This document shows, piece by piece, positions 1-10,600 of a DNA stretch of 63,090 nucleotides. Under the pieces are notes generated by a model, which searched no databases, was not told the DNA's origin, and was given only the letters and a program-made list of their open reading frames with translations. Both the position numbers and the translations under genes were made by a program. The number at the start of each line of letters is the position of its first letter. The stretch's first letter is position 1. The stretch comes from Lachnospiraceae bacterium UBA3711 (GTDB lineage: Bacteria > Bacillota > Clostridia > Lachnospirales > Lachnospiraceae), in NCBI GenBank assembly GCA_002371345.1, contig DFHY01000108.1, positions 2,046 to 65,135 on the forward strand, read 5' to 3'.

Positions 1-274
1 ACTGCTGTCTGTGGCCGTTCTTCTTATGGTAGCCGGTCTTGCGCTTATACTTATAAACGATGACCTTCTTCGCCTTACCGTTTGCCACGACCGACGCGTC
101 GACTGTTGCGGAAGCAACATCCGCTCCGGCCTTCAGACCATCATCAGTGCTTACAGCAAGAACCTGATCGAAGACAACCTTCTCTCCCTCATCCTTGCCG
201 AGCTTCTCGACTCTGATCTCGTCGCCTTCAGCGACCTTGTACTGTTTACCACCTGTTGCGATAATAGCGTACAT
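1..274 (-). CDS. rplU: 50S ribosomal protein L21 (3' end runs off the window)
   Basis: Minus-strand translation from ATG at 274 gives MYAIIATGGKQYKVAEGDEIRVEKL...KVIVYKYKRKTGYHKKNGHRQ; GGGAGG RBS upstream. Not in the ORF track; the + strand ORF 11..475 is its shadow. Confidence 0.97.
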   Translation of the reverse strand, partial: MYAIIATGGKQYKVAEGDEIRVEKLGKDEGEKVVFDQVLAVSTDDGLKAGADVASATVDASVVANGKAKKVIVYKYKRKTGYHKKNGHRQQ

Positions 275-297
275 CTGGGTTTCCTCCCATTCTTAAA

Positions 298-360
298 AAC
301 TCGCCAGCTTCGGCGCCGTCCTTGTAAATGGACGCACTTATGCCCCGCTGAGCGGCATAC
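298..360 (-). ncRNA. L21 leader (ribosomal protein autoregulatory RNA), probable
   Basis: Structured 5' UTR GUAUGCCGCUCAGCGGGGCAUA...GCGCCGAAGCUGGCGAG between the promoter and rplU, in the expected position. Confidence 0.7.
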
Positions 361-366
361 TCACGA

Positions 367-396
367 ACTATATCACACGTTTCAAGCATGCGTCAA
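367..396 (-). promoter_or_regulatory. sigma-A promoter of rplU
   Basis: TTGACG-18 nt-TATAGT with extended -10 TG. Confidence 0.7.
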
Positions 397-525
397 CTCT
401 TTTTTACGCGGTCAGCTAACTTCGCCCAGCTCAATGATGTATAGGAAACGAATTTATTTAATGCGTTTACCATAATCAATCGGTGGTGTTTCACGGGCTG
501 CCACTTCTGTGCTATTATAAAATCA

Positions 526-1565
526 ATGTTAAACTTACAAATTGGTACAAAGGAGCTGCCTGTGAATAAACCGCTGCCTATTGGGATTGAATTCTTTGAA
601 GAGTTTAAGCGAAATGACTATTATTACGTGGATAAGACCCTGTTCATCAAGGAACTGATTGACAAAAAAGGCAAGGTCAACCTCTTCACAAGGCCGCGGC
701 GTTTCGGGAAGACCCTTACCCTTGACATGCTGCGCTGTTTTTTTGAGGAAGGATCCGATCCTGCGCTCTTCTCGGGGCTTAAGATTATGAATGCGGGGGA
801 GAAATACACCTCAATGAATGGAAAATACCCCGTGATTTTCTTGACCCTAAAATCCGCAAAAACCGGGAATGAGAAATCTGCGTTTGAGGCCATCCGGAAT
901 ACTTTGGCAAGGGAATTTGACCGCCACAGCGGGATTCTGAAAAGCGATGCATTAAGCAGTGAGGATGCTTCCTATTTTATAAAGTACAGGGACAGGAAAT
1001 TAGAACCGGAGCAGTACACAGATAGCCTGAAATTCCTCTGCGAGTGTATCAAAAAAGCTACCGGGAAAAATACGGATTTGATGAAGTGCGCAGCTGGTAC
1101 AACGGATATATTTTCGGAAACAGCAATGTCTACAATCCATGGAGCGTCATCATGTACCTCCGTGACCACATCGGCGCGAACCGCGATTATTTCCCCATGT
1201 CCTACTGGGCCAACACCAGCTCCAATTCCATCGTGCGGGACCTAATTGAGAGGGCCGATAGTGAAACGAAGGCGGATATTGTAAAGAGCAACCGTGAATC
1301 CGGAAATGGTCGGAGCGGCATCCTCGTAAAACCGGTACATATATTTGAAAAAGCTTTTGTACTGGAATTAAAAACAGCAAAGCAGCAAGGGAAGAAACCT
1401 GTTACGCTGGAAATGATAGATGCGGCCGCAGATGAGGCCCTAAAGCAAATCGACGAGATGCGTTATGCGGATGCCCTGTTGGAGGATGGTTACGGAAATA
1501 TCGGAAGATACGGGATTGCCTTTTTCAAAAAGGACTGCAGAGTGCATTATAAAGAGGGGTACTAA
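526..1565 (+). pseudogene. AAA-ATPase-like / PD-(D/E)XK nuclease family gene, internally deleted and frameshifted
   Basis: N-part YYVDKT...RPRRFGKT (Walker A) in frame 526..1245; C-part WYNGY..VYNPWS..YWANTS..SNRESGNGR..ELK..ALKQI in frame 1044..1565. The Walker B segment (LIDEYD-like) and the middle region are absent. Confidence 0.85.
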
Positions 1566-1619
1566 AAGCACCCCTCCTCTTTACATGAGCGGAGCAACCT
1601 TCTTCAAAGGAATTCGGGT

Positions 1620-2870
1620 TCATATCTCCCTGCCGGCAAGATATCTCGCCCTGATATGGCCTGTCTCGCCCAGATAACAGAACCTCTCAACGAGCTCAGC
1701 CGGGGTCAGTTCATGGAACGGATCGGCCAGTCCGTCGATGACGAGAGCGTCAAACTGATAACCTCTCTCAAGGCTTCCGACCTTTCCGAACAGCTCACCG
1801 CTATGCTTAGTGCCGATCCAGAATGCCTCCGCGAAGGATATGGTGCGGTTCCCGTCAGGCTCATAGAATTCCTTCAGCTTCGACAGCTGCACGGATCTTG
1901 ATACCTGGCTGTATACTCCGAGATTGGCTCCTCCGGCTATATCGCTTCCGAATCCGAGATTCACTCCCCTGTCCATGAGTGTTCCGGTCTGCATGATCCC
2001 CGCTATGATGTTGAGCGTTGAGTCAGGGCACTGCACAGCGTATCCACCATACTTTTTGAGAATGCGTATGTCATCCTCCTTCGGGAATATGAAATGCGCT
2101 CCCACTACGGGGCCGTTTCCCAGAAGGCCGGCATGCTCGTAGATACCGGTATCGCATCCGCACTCGGGATACAGGCGCACCGACTCCTCAGCTTCCCATC
2201 TCGATTCCACCAGATGAGTCTGGACGCCGACCTGATACTTCTGCCCGAGCTTTCCCAGTCCCTTCATAAGCTCAAATGTGCAGGTCGGAGCAAATCTCGG
2301 GGTGAGGATCGGCTTCGCGGTCCTGTTGCCCATATATCTCTCCAGGAACTCCTCCGTGAGCCTGAGTGAATCTTCAGCAGTTTCGCACAGATAATCAGGA
2401 CTCTCCATGTCCATGTTGACCTTGCCAACATAAGCGTGAAGTCCTGCATTCTCCATGCGCTCAATCAGATATCCCGTCGCCTCGGAATGAATGGTTCCGA
2501 AAACCACTGCGTGCATGGTCCCATGGGCGATCATATCGTCCACAAAAGCGTCATACACGGTTTTTGCAAACTCTGGGTCAGCGTACTTTGACTCCAGCGG
2601 AAATGTGTAACCGTGCAGCCAGTCATACAGCAGGGCGTCCATCGCAATCCCTCGCTGGGGATACTGAGGCGCGTGAACATGAAGATCCGAAAATGCCGGG
2701 ATGATAACGCCGTTTCCGAAGTCAGTCACCGCCGCGCCTGCGAACTTCTCCGGAAGCACAGGGTATATTCCCTCAACCACTCCGTTTTCTACAGCTATAT
2801 AGCTGTCCGTGAACTGAGCAAGCTCATCTTTTGATTTCGAATACACAATACTGCCATGATATATATCCAT
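1620..2870 (-). CDS. guaD: guanine deaminase (amidohydrolase family)
   Basis: DLHVHAPQY, ILTPRFAPTC, QTHLVES, GSDIAGG motifs. Start moved to MDIYHG (2870) with an RBS. Confidence 0.85.
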   Translation of the reverse strand: MDIYHGSIVYSKSKDELAQFTDSYIAVENGVVEGIYPVLPEKFAGAAVTDFGNGVIIPAFSDLHVHAPQYPQRGIAMDALLYDWLHGYTFPLESKYADPEFAKTVYDAFVDDMIAHGTMHAVVFGTIHSEATGYLIERMENAGLHAYVGKVNMDMESPDYLCETAEDSLRLTEEFLERYMGNRTAKPILTPRFAPTCTFELMKGLGKLGQKYQVGVQTHLVESRWEAEESVRLYPECGCDTGIYEHAGLLGNGPVVGAHFIFPKEDDIRILKKYGGYAVQCPDSTLNIIAGIMQTGTLMDRGVNLGFGSDIAGGANLGVYSQVSRSVQLSKLKEFYEPDGNRTISFAEAFWIGTKHSGELFGKVGSLERGYQFDALVIDGLADPFHELTPAELVERFCYLGETGHIRARYLAGREI

Positions 2871-2901
2871 CTTTTTCTCCCTCACTTTTTCCCCATCACA
2901 G

Positions 2902-3393
2902 CTATATGCCCCGGATTCTGCTCCAGGCTTCGACAAGTCTCTCCATGCTCCAGGCCGCGTTTGCCGGGCTTGTAGATGGAAGGCATATGCACTCTCTGCC
3001 TGTAACGGGTTCGGTGTACTTCCTGTACATCTTCTCAGCCGTCCTTCCGTTGACATATATATCGGATATCGGCGCGGCCTCAAGAATCTCACTCAGGTCA
3101 TTCGCCGTCACATCCCTGATGCTGGCATCAGATGACCCTGTGATCCGGCATGAGGCTATGACATCCCATGCGGCAATATGATTGCGGATAAGGAACTCTC
3201 TTCTCTCAGGCACAGTCATCGGCACATTCTCCCCGTATACTGCAGCCACAACCTTCCAGAAGCGGTTCTGCGGATGCCCATAGAAGAACATCGCCTCACG
3301 GGACTTTACCGACGGGAAGCTGCCGAGAATCAATATCCTGGATTCACTGTCATATACAGGTGCTATCGGATGCGTGATAAATGAGCTTTCCAA
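2902..3393 (-). CDS. DNA-deoxyinosine (hypoxanthine) glycosylase, UDG superfamily
   Basis: ILILGSFPSVKS, FFYGHPQNRFW, WDVIASC, LPSTSPAN motifs. Confidence 0.85.
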   Translation of the reverse strand: MESSFITHPIAPVYDSESRILILGSFPSVKSREAMFFYGHPQNRFWKVVAAVYGENVPMTVPERREFLIRNHIAAWDVIASCRITGSSDASIRDVTANDLSEILEAAPISDIYVNGRTAEKMYRKYTEPVTGRECICLPSTSPANAAWSMERLVEAWSRIRGI

Positions 3394-3425
3394 AATATGT
3401 CATCTCCCATCAATCTACCTACTGA

Positions 3426-4652
3426 TTACGGAAACACATCCCTGAGCGGCACTTCTATCTTCTTCCTTGTAAGCTCCACAAGCCCGAGCTTCGTCATGTC
3501 CACCACTGTAGTCTTAACCGGGTCCGTAAGGACGGCTTTCCGAAGTTCGTCGAGTATCCTCAGTGAGTTTTTCTGCTGCTTCAGGTTTATGAAGTCAATC
3601 ACTATTATTCCTGACAGGTTCCTGAGCCTTATCTGCCTCGCAGCCTCTCTGGCGGCTTCAAGGTTGACGGAAAGGAGCGCTTCTTCCTTCTGCTTAGAGC
3701 TCTGGGAGCGGCCCGAGTTTACGTCAATTATGTGAAGCGCCTCGGTTGATTCTATTACAAGGTCCCCGCCGCCCTTCAGGTCGACTTTCTTATTCAGCGC
3801 CCGAGCTGTCTCGCGTTCGAGGGAGTATAGCTTCTCCATAGATACCATGGGATCATCGTACAGGCGAAGCTTTGGAGCGCTCCCCGGGGATTCGCTTCCT
3901 GCTTCAAATATCTGCCGGTACAGATCGCGGTCATCCGTTGTCACCGATTCAGCATCAGCTTCTGTCAGCCGCACTATCCGCTGCAGCCAGCGCGGCGGCT
4001 GCTTTCCCAGGCAGGAATGGACGCTCCGGTAAGGTGCCTTCAGCTTCAGGTCGGTTATCCGGGCTTCAAGTACGGACAGATCTTCAGATACTGCTTTCCT
4101 GACACTGTCTGTATCATCAGAAGCATTTTCCATTATTCCGGCGGCGCTGGTCCTTACGACTACTGAGCAGGTACCGATACGTTTCTGAAGCGCGGAGAAC
4201 TCATCCCGGCTCATAATAGAATCCTTCAGGGTTTTCCTGAGATCATCCGGAATCTTCCTTGATATTCCGAGGCCGATGCCGCCCAGCACCATTACCACGT
4301 ACTTTCCATGCAGCGTTATCTTGGTTGACAGGGACATGTCCTTGTGCCCGAATGCCTCCCTGGTGATCTGAACCACAAGCTGATCCCCCGCCTGAATATC
4401 GGGGCTCGGGCCCTTTGAAACATATATCGGATCCGCTATCTCATCAAATGGCAGATAACCGCTGACTCCGGGGATTATCTCAACGAAGGCGGCATTGATA
4501 TTCTTAGCCACCTTCTGAACCAGACCTATATATATGTCGCCGATGCCAGGACCATCCGTCAGAGCATCAGCGTGGATCTCCACGGCATGGCCGGAGTCAT
4601 CCAGTAGAAAAGAAAGCACCCTGTTCTCTTTTTTCTCTACGATATAGTTCAT
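3426..4652 (-). CDS. rng: ribonuclease E/G family protein
   Basis: S1 domain (GDIYIG..AAFVEI), TEALHIIDVNSG, RQIRLRNLSGIIVIDFI, TKLGLVELTRK. Confidence 0.9.
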   Translation of the reverse strand: MNYIVEKKENRVLSFLLDDSGHAVEIHADALTDGPGIGDIYIGLVQKVAKNINAAFVEIIPGVSGYLPFDEIADPIYVSKGPSPDIQAGDQLVVQITREAFGHKDMSLSTKITLHGKYVVMVLGGIGLGISRKIPDDLRKTLKDSIMSRDEFSALQKRIGTCSVVVRTSAAGIMENASDDTDSVRKAVSEDLSVLEARITDLKLKAPYRSVHSCLGKQPPRWLQRIVRLTEADAESVTTDDRDLYRQIFEAGSESPGSAPKLRLYDDPMVSMEKLYSLERETARALNKKVDLKGGGDLVIESTEALHIIDVNSGRSQSSKQKEEALLSVNLEAAREAARQIRLRNLSGIIVIDFINLKQQKNSLRILDELRKAVLTDPVKTTVVDMTKLGLVELTRKKIEVPLRDVFP

Positions 4653-5356
4653 ATTATCTCTTTACCAAGATCAATCAGTGCCGTAAACCTGTGCGCGCCG
4701 TCCTGCCCGAGATCCGCGTACACCTCATCACGGTTAATGAGGAACATGAACGGCTGAAAGCTCCTCCCGGATGCATCCGCGAACGCCTTCATGACAAGCT
4801 CAGGACGCACATTTCTGTCAAGTCCGGCCCCGAGGCCGAGAACAAGCTTATCCCCTGAGAACTTCGCCTCATAGATCAGAGGACGGATGTCGACCTCCTT
4901 CTCCGTCTTCTTTCCCTTCTTCATGACAGTGATATGCGGCTGCTCCAGCCACTTCATCAGTTCATCCTTCCAGCCCTCGCCCCAGGCGTATTCAGGACGC
5001 ATGGTAAGCGTATAGTCTGCTCTCGCGGCAAGATTCATGCCCTTATGTGCTTTTCCCTCCGGAATCTCCCTTGCCTGTGTAAAATGCACTCCCTCCGGAG
5101 CGGAGCTGTTCAGCCTCTCAACTATAAGACTTCCCGGGACCGGAGTGTTAAGATCAACATCCACATACTCGGAATCGCTAGTCATCCCGACCCCAAGCGG
5201 CAGGGCAAATGACATCGACATGTGAGGACTCATGCCCTCGGTATAGGTGACATCTATACCGGCACGGCGAAGGGCCTTCTGGAAATAGCGCATCATGTCA
5301 AGATGGCCGATAAACTTCATCAGCCCCTGCTTTGAGTACTTTATTCGAACTCTCAT
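4649..5356 (-). CDS. radical SAM-associated protein (DUF2344/TIGR03936-like)
   Basis: MKFIGHLDMMR..ALRRA..SFALPLGVG..SEYVD; coupled to the upstream radical SAM gene. Confidence 0.88.
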   Translation of the reverse strand: MRVRIKYSKQGLMKFIGHLDMMRYFQKALRRAGIDVTYTEGMSPHMSMSFALPLGVGMTSDSEYVDVDLNTPVPGSLIVERLNSSAPEGVHFTQAREIPEGKAHKGMNLAARADYTLTMRPEYAWGEGWKDELMKWLEQPHITVMKKGKKTEKEVDIRPLIYEAKFSGDKLVLGLGAGLDRNVRPELVMKAFADASGRSFQPFMFLINRDEVYADLGQDGAHRFTALIDLGKEII

Positions 5357-7530
5357 GCGCCCTCCGATCTCTGATGTGCGGCGGCTCTTCCAAGGCCGGG
5401 AACCGGGTTGCAGCTCTCAACGGGATACAGGTACACCTCTTCCGTCCCTGCCCTCAGCGTCCTGGATCCGTTCTTCTCGTTGAAGCATACGCCGCTGTTG
5501 AACTTCATCGCCCCGCATGACGAACACCTGCCGTGGCAGTTCTCAGTGAGCTCTGCCCTGTGCGCCTTGTGCCATTCATCAAGGAGGAATCTTTTCGTTG
5601 GACCGGCGTCTATGAAGTCCCACGGGAACAGTTCGTCCTCACCGCGCTGTCTTCCGGTGTAGAAATACAGGTCTATCCCCGTCTCTTCCATGGCGTCCAC
5701 CCACCGCTGCCAGTCCCAGTGCTCCGTCCATGCGTCGAACAGGGCGCCTCTCCTGTAGGCGGACTCAATTGTAGCCGATACCTTCCTGTCGCCGCGCGCG
5801 AGCAGCCCCTCCAGCACCGTGACATAAGCCTCGTGCCAGTTGTACCGGATCGACTTATGATTCAGGCTCGCCTTCACCTCCTCGTTCACAGTATGTGCAA
5901 AGTCAAGGTAGTCTTCGGGAGTAAACATAACCGCCCACTGGAACGGCGTAAATGGCTTGGGGACAAAGAACGCCGTTGAGATCGTGATCATGCACTTCCC
6001 GTTCCTCTTCTCCTTCGGGACGGTATCATAATAGAGCTCTGCTATCTTTTCAGCCAGATGAGCGATCTCTCTTCTGTCCTCCTCTGTCTCGGTAGGCTGT
6101 CCCAGCATGAAGTACAGCTTTACCTTATTCCAGCCTCCGCGGAACGCGTCGGCGGCACCGCGCATGATATCTTCCTCGGTCAGGCCTTTGTTGATCACGT
6201 CCCTCATCCTCTGTGACCCGCCCTCCGGAGCGAAGGTCAGAGAACTCTTCTTGACATCCTGCACCTTACTCATGACATCAAGAGAAAATGCGTCTATCCG
6301 GAGAGACGGAAGCGAGATATTGATATTGTTGGTCCTGCCATGCTTTTCAATCAGGTAGGTGACAAGCCCCTCGAGTTCAGGATAGTCGCTTGTTGACAGA
6401 GAACTCAGTGATATCTCCTCATGCCCGCTCGCCTCCAGCAGAAGATCCGCAGTCCTCTTCAGTGTCTCCAGGCTCTTCGTCCGTGTCGGCCGGTAGATCA
6501 TGCCCGCCTGACAGAAGCGGCAGCCGCGGATACATCCTCTCTGAACCTCGAGAACAACACGGTCCTGAGTCACCTGCATAAAAGGAACCAGGGGCTTCGT
6601 GATAAATGGGCTGCTGTCAAGATCCTCGACAGCCTGCTTCTTTATTCTCTTTGGTATCCCGTCACATACAGGCTCAAATGACCCAAGAGTTCCGTCTTCA
6701 TTGTAAGACGGCTCGTAAAGCATCGGACAGTAGATGCCGGGAACCGTGGCCGCTCTCCTGAGGAACTCCCTGCGCGTCAGGCCGCTCCTCCTGCATTCCT
6801 TGTACAGGTCAAGCAGCTCGTCATATACTGTCTCGCCCTCACCTATATAGAACAGGTCGAAGAACTCCGCCACCGGCTCCGGATTGTAGGCGCACGGCCC
6901 GCCGCCGATAACTATGGGAGAGCCCTCGCCGAGCAGAAGCTCCCTTCTGCCGCGGCCTTCATGTTCAACCGGGTGATTACGGTATCCATCCTCAGATAAC
7001 ATGCCGCTGCTCTTATGGCGGAAGCCGCCTTCAGGGCTGCCGGCGCCGCTGCGGCGGCCTGTCCTCTGTGACCCGGGCTCACATGATCCTGTATACAGAC
7101 GTTCCGCGGCATGGAAAGGTATGCCGCTCAGATCCAGGATCTGCAGAATATTCGCGTAGCACAGCTCATACTGCAGAGTTATTCCGAGAAAATCAAACTC
7201 CCTGACCGGATCCTGGGACTCGAGCGCGAACAGAGGGATCTTCTTCTCCCTCATGATCTCATCCAGATCGACCCACGGCGAATAGACCCGCTCACACCAT
7301 GTGTCGGGTCTATTGTTAAACATCTCATACAGGATCTGAATTCCGAGATGGGACATCCCTATCTCATAGACATCCGGAAAGCACATAACAAAACGGATGT
7401 CCGTCTTCGCCGGATCCTTGCGGACGGCATTAACTTCATTTCCAAGGTAACGTTCCGGCTTTCCGACCGAGAGAAGGATCTCCTCGGACAGCGCCTGCTT
7501 AATTGCCATACTGTTATTCACTCTGATCAC
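5353..7530 (-). CDS. B12-binding radical SAM protein (TIGR03960-like)
   Basis: KPERYLGNE, FPDVYEIGMSHLG, RGCIRGCRFCQAG (CxxxCxxC), FVPKPFTPFQW. Start is GTG 7530 or ATG 7509. Confidence 0.9.
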   Translation of the reverse strand: MIRVNNSMAIKQALSEEILLSVGKPERYLGNEVNAVRKDPAKTDIRFVMCFPDVYEIGMSHLGIQILYEMFNNRPDTWCERVYSPWVDLDEIMREKKIPLFALESQDPVREFDFLGITLQYELCYANILQILDLSGIPFHAAERLYTGSCEPGSQRTGRRSGAGSPEGGFRHKSSGMLSEDGYRNHPVEHEGRGRRELLLGEGSPIVIGGGPCAYNPEPVAEFFDLFYIGEGETVYDELLDLYKECRRSGLTRREFLRRAATVPGIYCPMLYEPSYNEDGTLGSFEPVCDGIPKRIKKQAVEDLDSSPFITKPLVPFMQVTQDRVVLEVQRGCIRGCRFCQAGMIYRPTRTKSLETLKRTADLLLEASGHEEISLSSLSTSDYPELEGLVTYLIEKHGRTNNINISLPSLRIDAFSLDVMSKVQDVKKSSLTFAPEGGSQRMRDVINKGLTEEDIMRGAADAFRGGWNKVKLYFMLGQPTETEEDRREIAHLAEKIAELYYDTVPKEKRNGKCMITISTAFFVPKPFTPFQWAVMFTPEDYLDFAHTVNEEVKASLNHKSIRYNWHEAYVTVLEGLLARGDRKVSATIESAYRRGALFDAWTEHWDWQRWVDAMEETGIDLYFYTGRQRGEDELFPWDFIDAGPTKRFLLDEWHKAHRAELTENCHGRCSSCGAMKFNSGVCFNEKNGSRTLRAGTEEVYLYPVESCNPVPGLGRAAAHQRSEGA

Positions 7531-7634
7531 TTCTTCTTAGCTGCCTGCTTCCTCTTCAGCGCCGCGAGCTGCTGAGCGATCTTCTTGTTTGCCGCCTCTT
7601 TGCTGTCTTTATTCTTCTTGCCAAGCTTTCCCAT
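7527..7634 (-). CDS. small basic protein, 35 aa (MGKLGKKNKDSKEAANKKIAQQLAALKRKQAAKKK)
   Basis: AGGAGGT RBS within 7641-7650, ATG 7634, TGA overlapping the GTG start of the next gene (GTGA). Below the ORF-track cutoff. Confidence 0.7.
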   Translation of the reverse strand: MGKLGKKNKDSKEAANKKIAQQLAALKRKQAAKKK

Positions 7635-7692
7635 GTCAGCATTACCTCCTGATGTCATATTTCCGGGAAACACTGATCTGACCAGTGCTTCC

Positions 7693-10600
7693 TCAGCTGT
7701 TCTCTGTTCCTATCTTTCCCATGCCGCGCAGGATCTTCTCCGGAGTCATGGGCCAGCTCTGGATCCAGACTCCCACCGCGTCATGAATCGCGATTCCGAT
7801 AGCCGGCGCCGCTCCGTTGCAGGCTATCTCCGATATGGACTTAGCCCCGAACGGCCCGTCAGGGTCGTCGACGTCTATCAGCACAGCCTTGAAATCATCC
7901 GGCTGTTCATAGATCATCGGGACGCCGTAATCGGTCATGTTGGCGTTCAGGCACCTGCCCTCCTCGTCCAGGATCATTCCTTCGTAGAGCGTATGGCCTA
8001 TAGACTTCAGTGAAGCGCCGTACATCTGGCACAGCGCAAGCTCGGGATTGATCGGAGTTCCCGCATCCTGCAGAGCGTAGAACTTCTGCACCCTGATCTC
8101 TCCTGTCCGCGTATTGACCGCCACCTGCGCGAAATGAGCGCCGTACGGGACCGAGGAAGCTGTGGTCACATATGTGCCGTGATATACCATGGTCCCGCGT
8201 CCGTTACCCGCGCACGCCGCGTGAGACAGCTCGGCGTATGTCTTGACGCAGCCTGTCTTCTTAGAGTAGACCTCTCCGGGCATACGGAGCTCCAGATCCT
8301 CCTCGCTCTCGCCCATCTGAAGCGCGGCTTCCTTCAGGACCTCCTTCTTCAGGCCTCTTGCCGCGGTAACGGCCGCGTTGCCCGAGAAAAATGTTCCCGA
8401 TGAAGCATATGAGCCCGTGTCAAATACTGACGCGTCAGTGTCTCCCGACAGAACAGTGACATGATCCATCGGCATACACATGATCTCGCTGACAGCCTTG
8501 GCGCAGATCGTATCCAGGCCTGTTCCGATATCCGCGCATCCGCTGTTCAGGATGACTGTTCCGTCAGTCTCCATCTTAGCGATCGCCTCCGCGTGGTCCA
8601 GTCCCGGAAGTCCGGAACCCTGCATGATCATCGCGAAGCCCTTGCCGATCCTGACGTCGGGATCATCGCTGACCTCCCTGACTCCCCAGTTTATCATATC
8701 GCAGCCCTGAAGCACAGCCTCCCTGAGGCCGCAGGAACCGACCGGTACCACATTGCCCTCACGGCCTTCTCCAAGCCCCTTCAGGATGTCGAGCCTGTAA
8801 CCGGTCTCAACATGATTCTTGAGCACCATCTCCTTGTAATCGCAGCCCAGCTTCTCAGCCAGCTCCGCCATGCACATCATGATGCCGTAGGTTCCCTTCG
8901 GAGTTCCGTATCCCTGATATGCGCCGGCCGGCGGGGTGTTGGTGTAGTATACCTTCAGATCATAAGCCATGTTGGCGCATTTGAACAGAGGAAGAGTCTT
9001 GGAACAGCTGTTCATCGGAACCGTGAGACAATGGTTTCCGTAGGGGCCTGTGTTGGCGCGGACTTCCATGAAGATGCCCGTGATCGTGCCGTCCTTCTTA
9101 CCGCTCATCTTGACTCTGGCGCGCATCGGATGGCGGGTCGAGTTCGCGATAAACTCCTCCTCACGGGTGTTGCGGCAGTAAACAGGTCTTCCTGTGATGA
9201 ATGACGCATAGGCGGTCACGTCCTCTATGAGGATATCCTGCTTGGAGCCGTAGCCGCCTCCGACTCTCGTCTTGACGACATGTATCCTGTTCTCAGGAAG
9301 CCCAGTCACCCAGCCGACAATACGTCTCACATGGAAAGGAACCTGTGTAGAGGCATACACCGTAAGCCGCCCGCCCTCCATGCGCGCGAAGCAGACATGC
9401 GGCTCCAGCGGCGTCTGCTGAACCTGGCTTGTCTGATAGGTTCTCTCGACCACAGCGTCAGCCTCGGCAAACGCCTTCTCGATATCTCCGATCCCGCCTG
9501 AGTTTGAAGCGGCGACATTGTGATGAATATCCGCCCCGAGCGGGAACTGGTATATGACCTTGCCCTCTCTCCAGTCACCGGAATCCTTGTTGTATTCATC
9601 CAGATTGTCCGGAGCTCCCACGCGGTACTCAACGATTCCGTTGTGAACTCTCGGCGCGCCCTCCTCCATGGCTTCCTCGACCGTGAAGACAGGCTTGAGC
9701 ACTTCATAGTCAACCTTTATAAGATCCCTTGCCCTCTCACCGGCCTCCTGGGTCTCCGCGACGATTCCGGCAACCCGGTCGCCGACATGCCGTACCTTCC
9801 AGTTGAACAGCCTTCTGTCATGGGGAGACGGCTCAGGATTGCCCTGTCCTGCCTGCATGTAGAAAGTGTCAGGGCAGTTCGCGGCCGTGATGATCTTTAC
9901 CACTCCCGGGACCTTCTCGGCCTCGGAGGTATCAATAGACTTGATATACGCGTGCGCGTGAGGCGATCTCAGCATCACAAGACGGCATGCGTCGCCTGAC
10001 ACATAGTCCTCGACGAAGACCTTGTCTCCGCGGATAAGCTGCGGGCCGTCCACTTTGCCGGAGGGCTTTCCGATCAGCCTCAGTTCAGGTCTGAACGACG
10101 GGGCGGGCTGTGTGGAGAATGAACCGCTGTCGATCTTCTCCTTCGCAAGCTTAACAGCCAGGTAATAATGTTCATATCCGGCGTCGCGAATGAATATGCC
10201 GGACATCGCGTCCCTTATCTCCTCACGCTTCGGAGACGGATAATGGATCAGAAGCCAGGTAAGCATCAGGGCCGCTGCAGGAGCGTTGTACGCGCTCTGA
10301 ACAAGGCCGGCTTCGATCATGGCCTGCTGAACCACAGTCAGGCAGTCAGGGCCCTCGTCGCCGTTCAGCATCAGGGCGTCCTTCATCGCCTTTCTCTGTT
10401 CCTCGCTGATCGTTTCCTCCCGGAAAAATGACCTCGACACATCCGCCCCGCGGGCGCTGAGAACTGCCAGACTCAGAATGCCGTCCGGCGTCACTATCCA
10501 TGTTCCGTCAGCAAGGGCTGCCGGAACCAGATCCGCGTATACCGGGACGCCGTCCATAAGAACTGTATCGCTTCCGCAGAAAGCCTCACAGTCGTCCGAG

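Noticed and set aside
11-475. Plus-strand ORF 11..475 and other long antisense ORFs (e.g. 15371..16435, 8461..9204, 52677..53483, 54290..55051)
   Set aside because: Shadows of well-supported minus-strand genes; no motifs or RBS.
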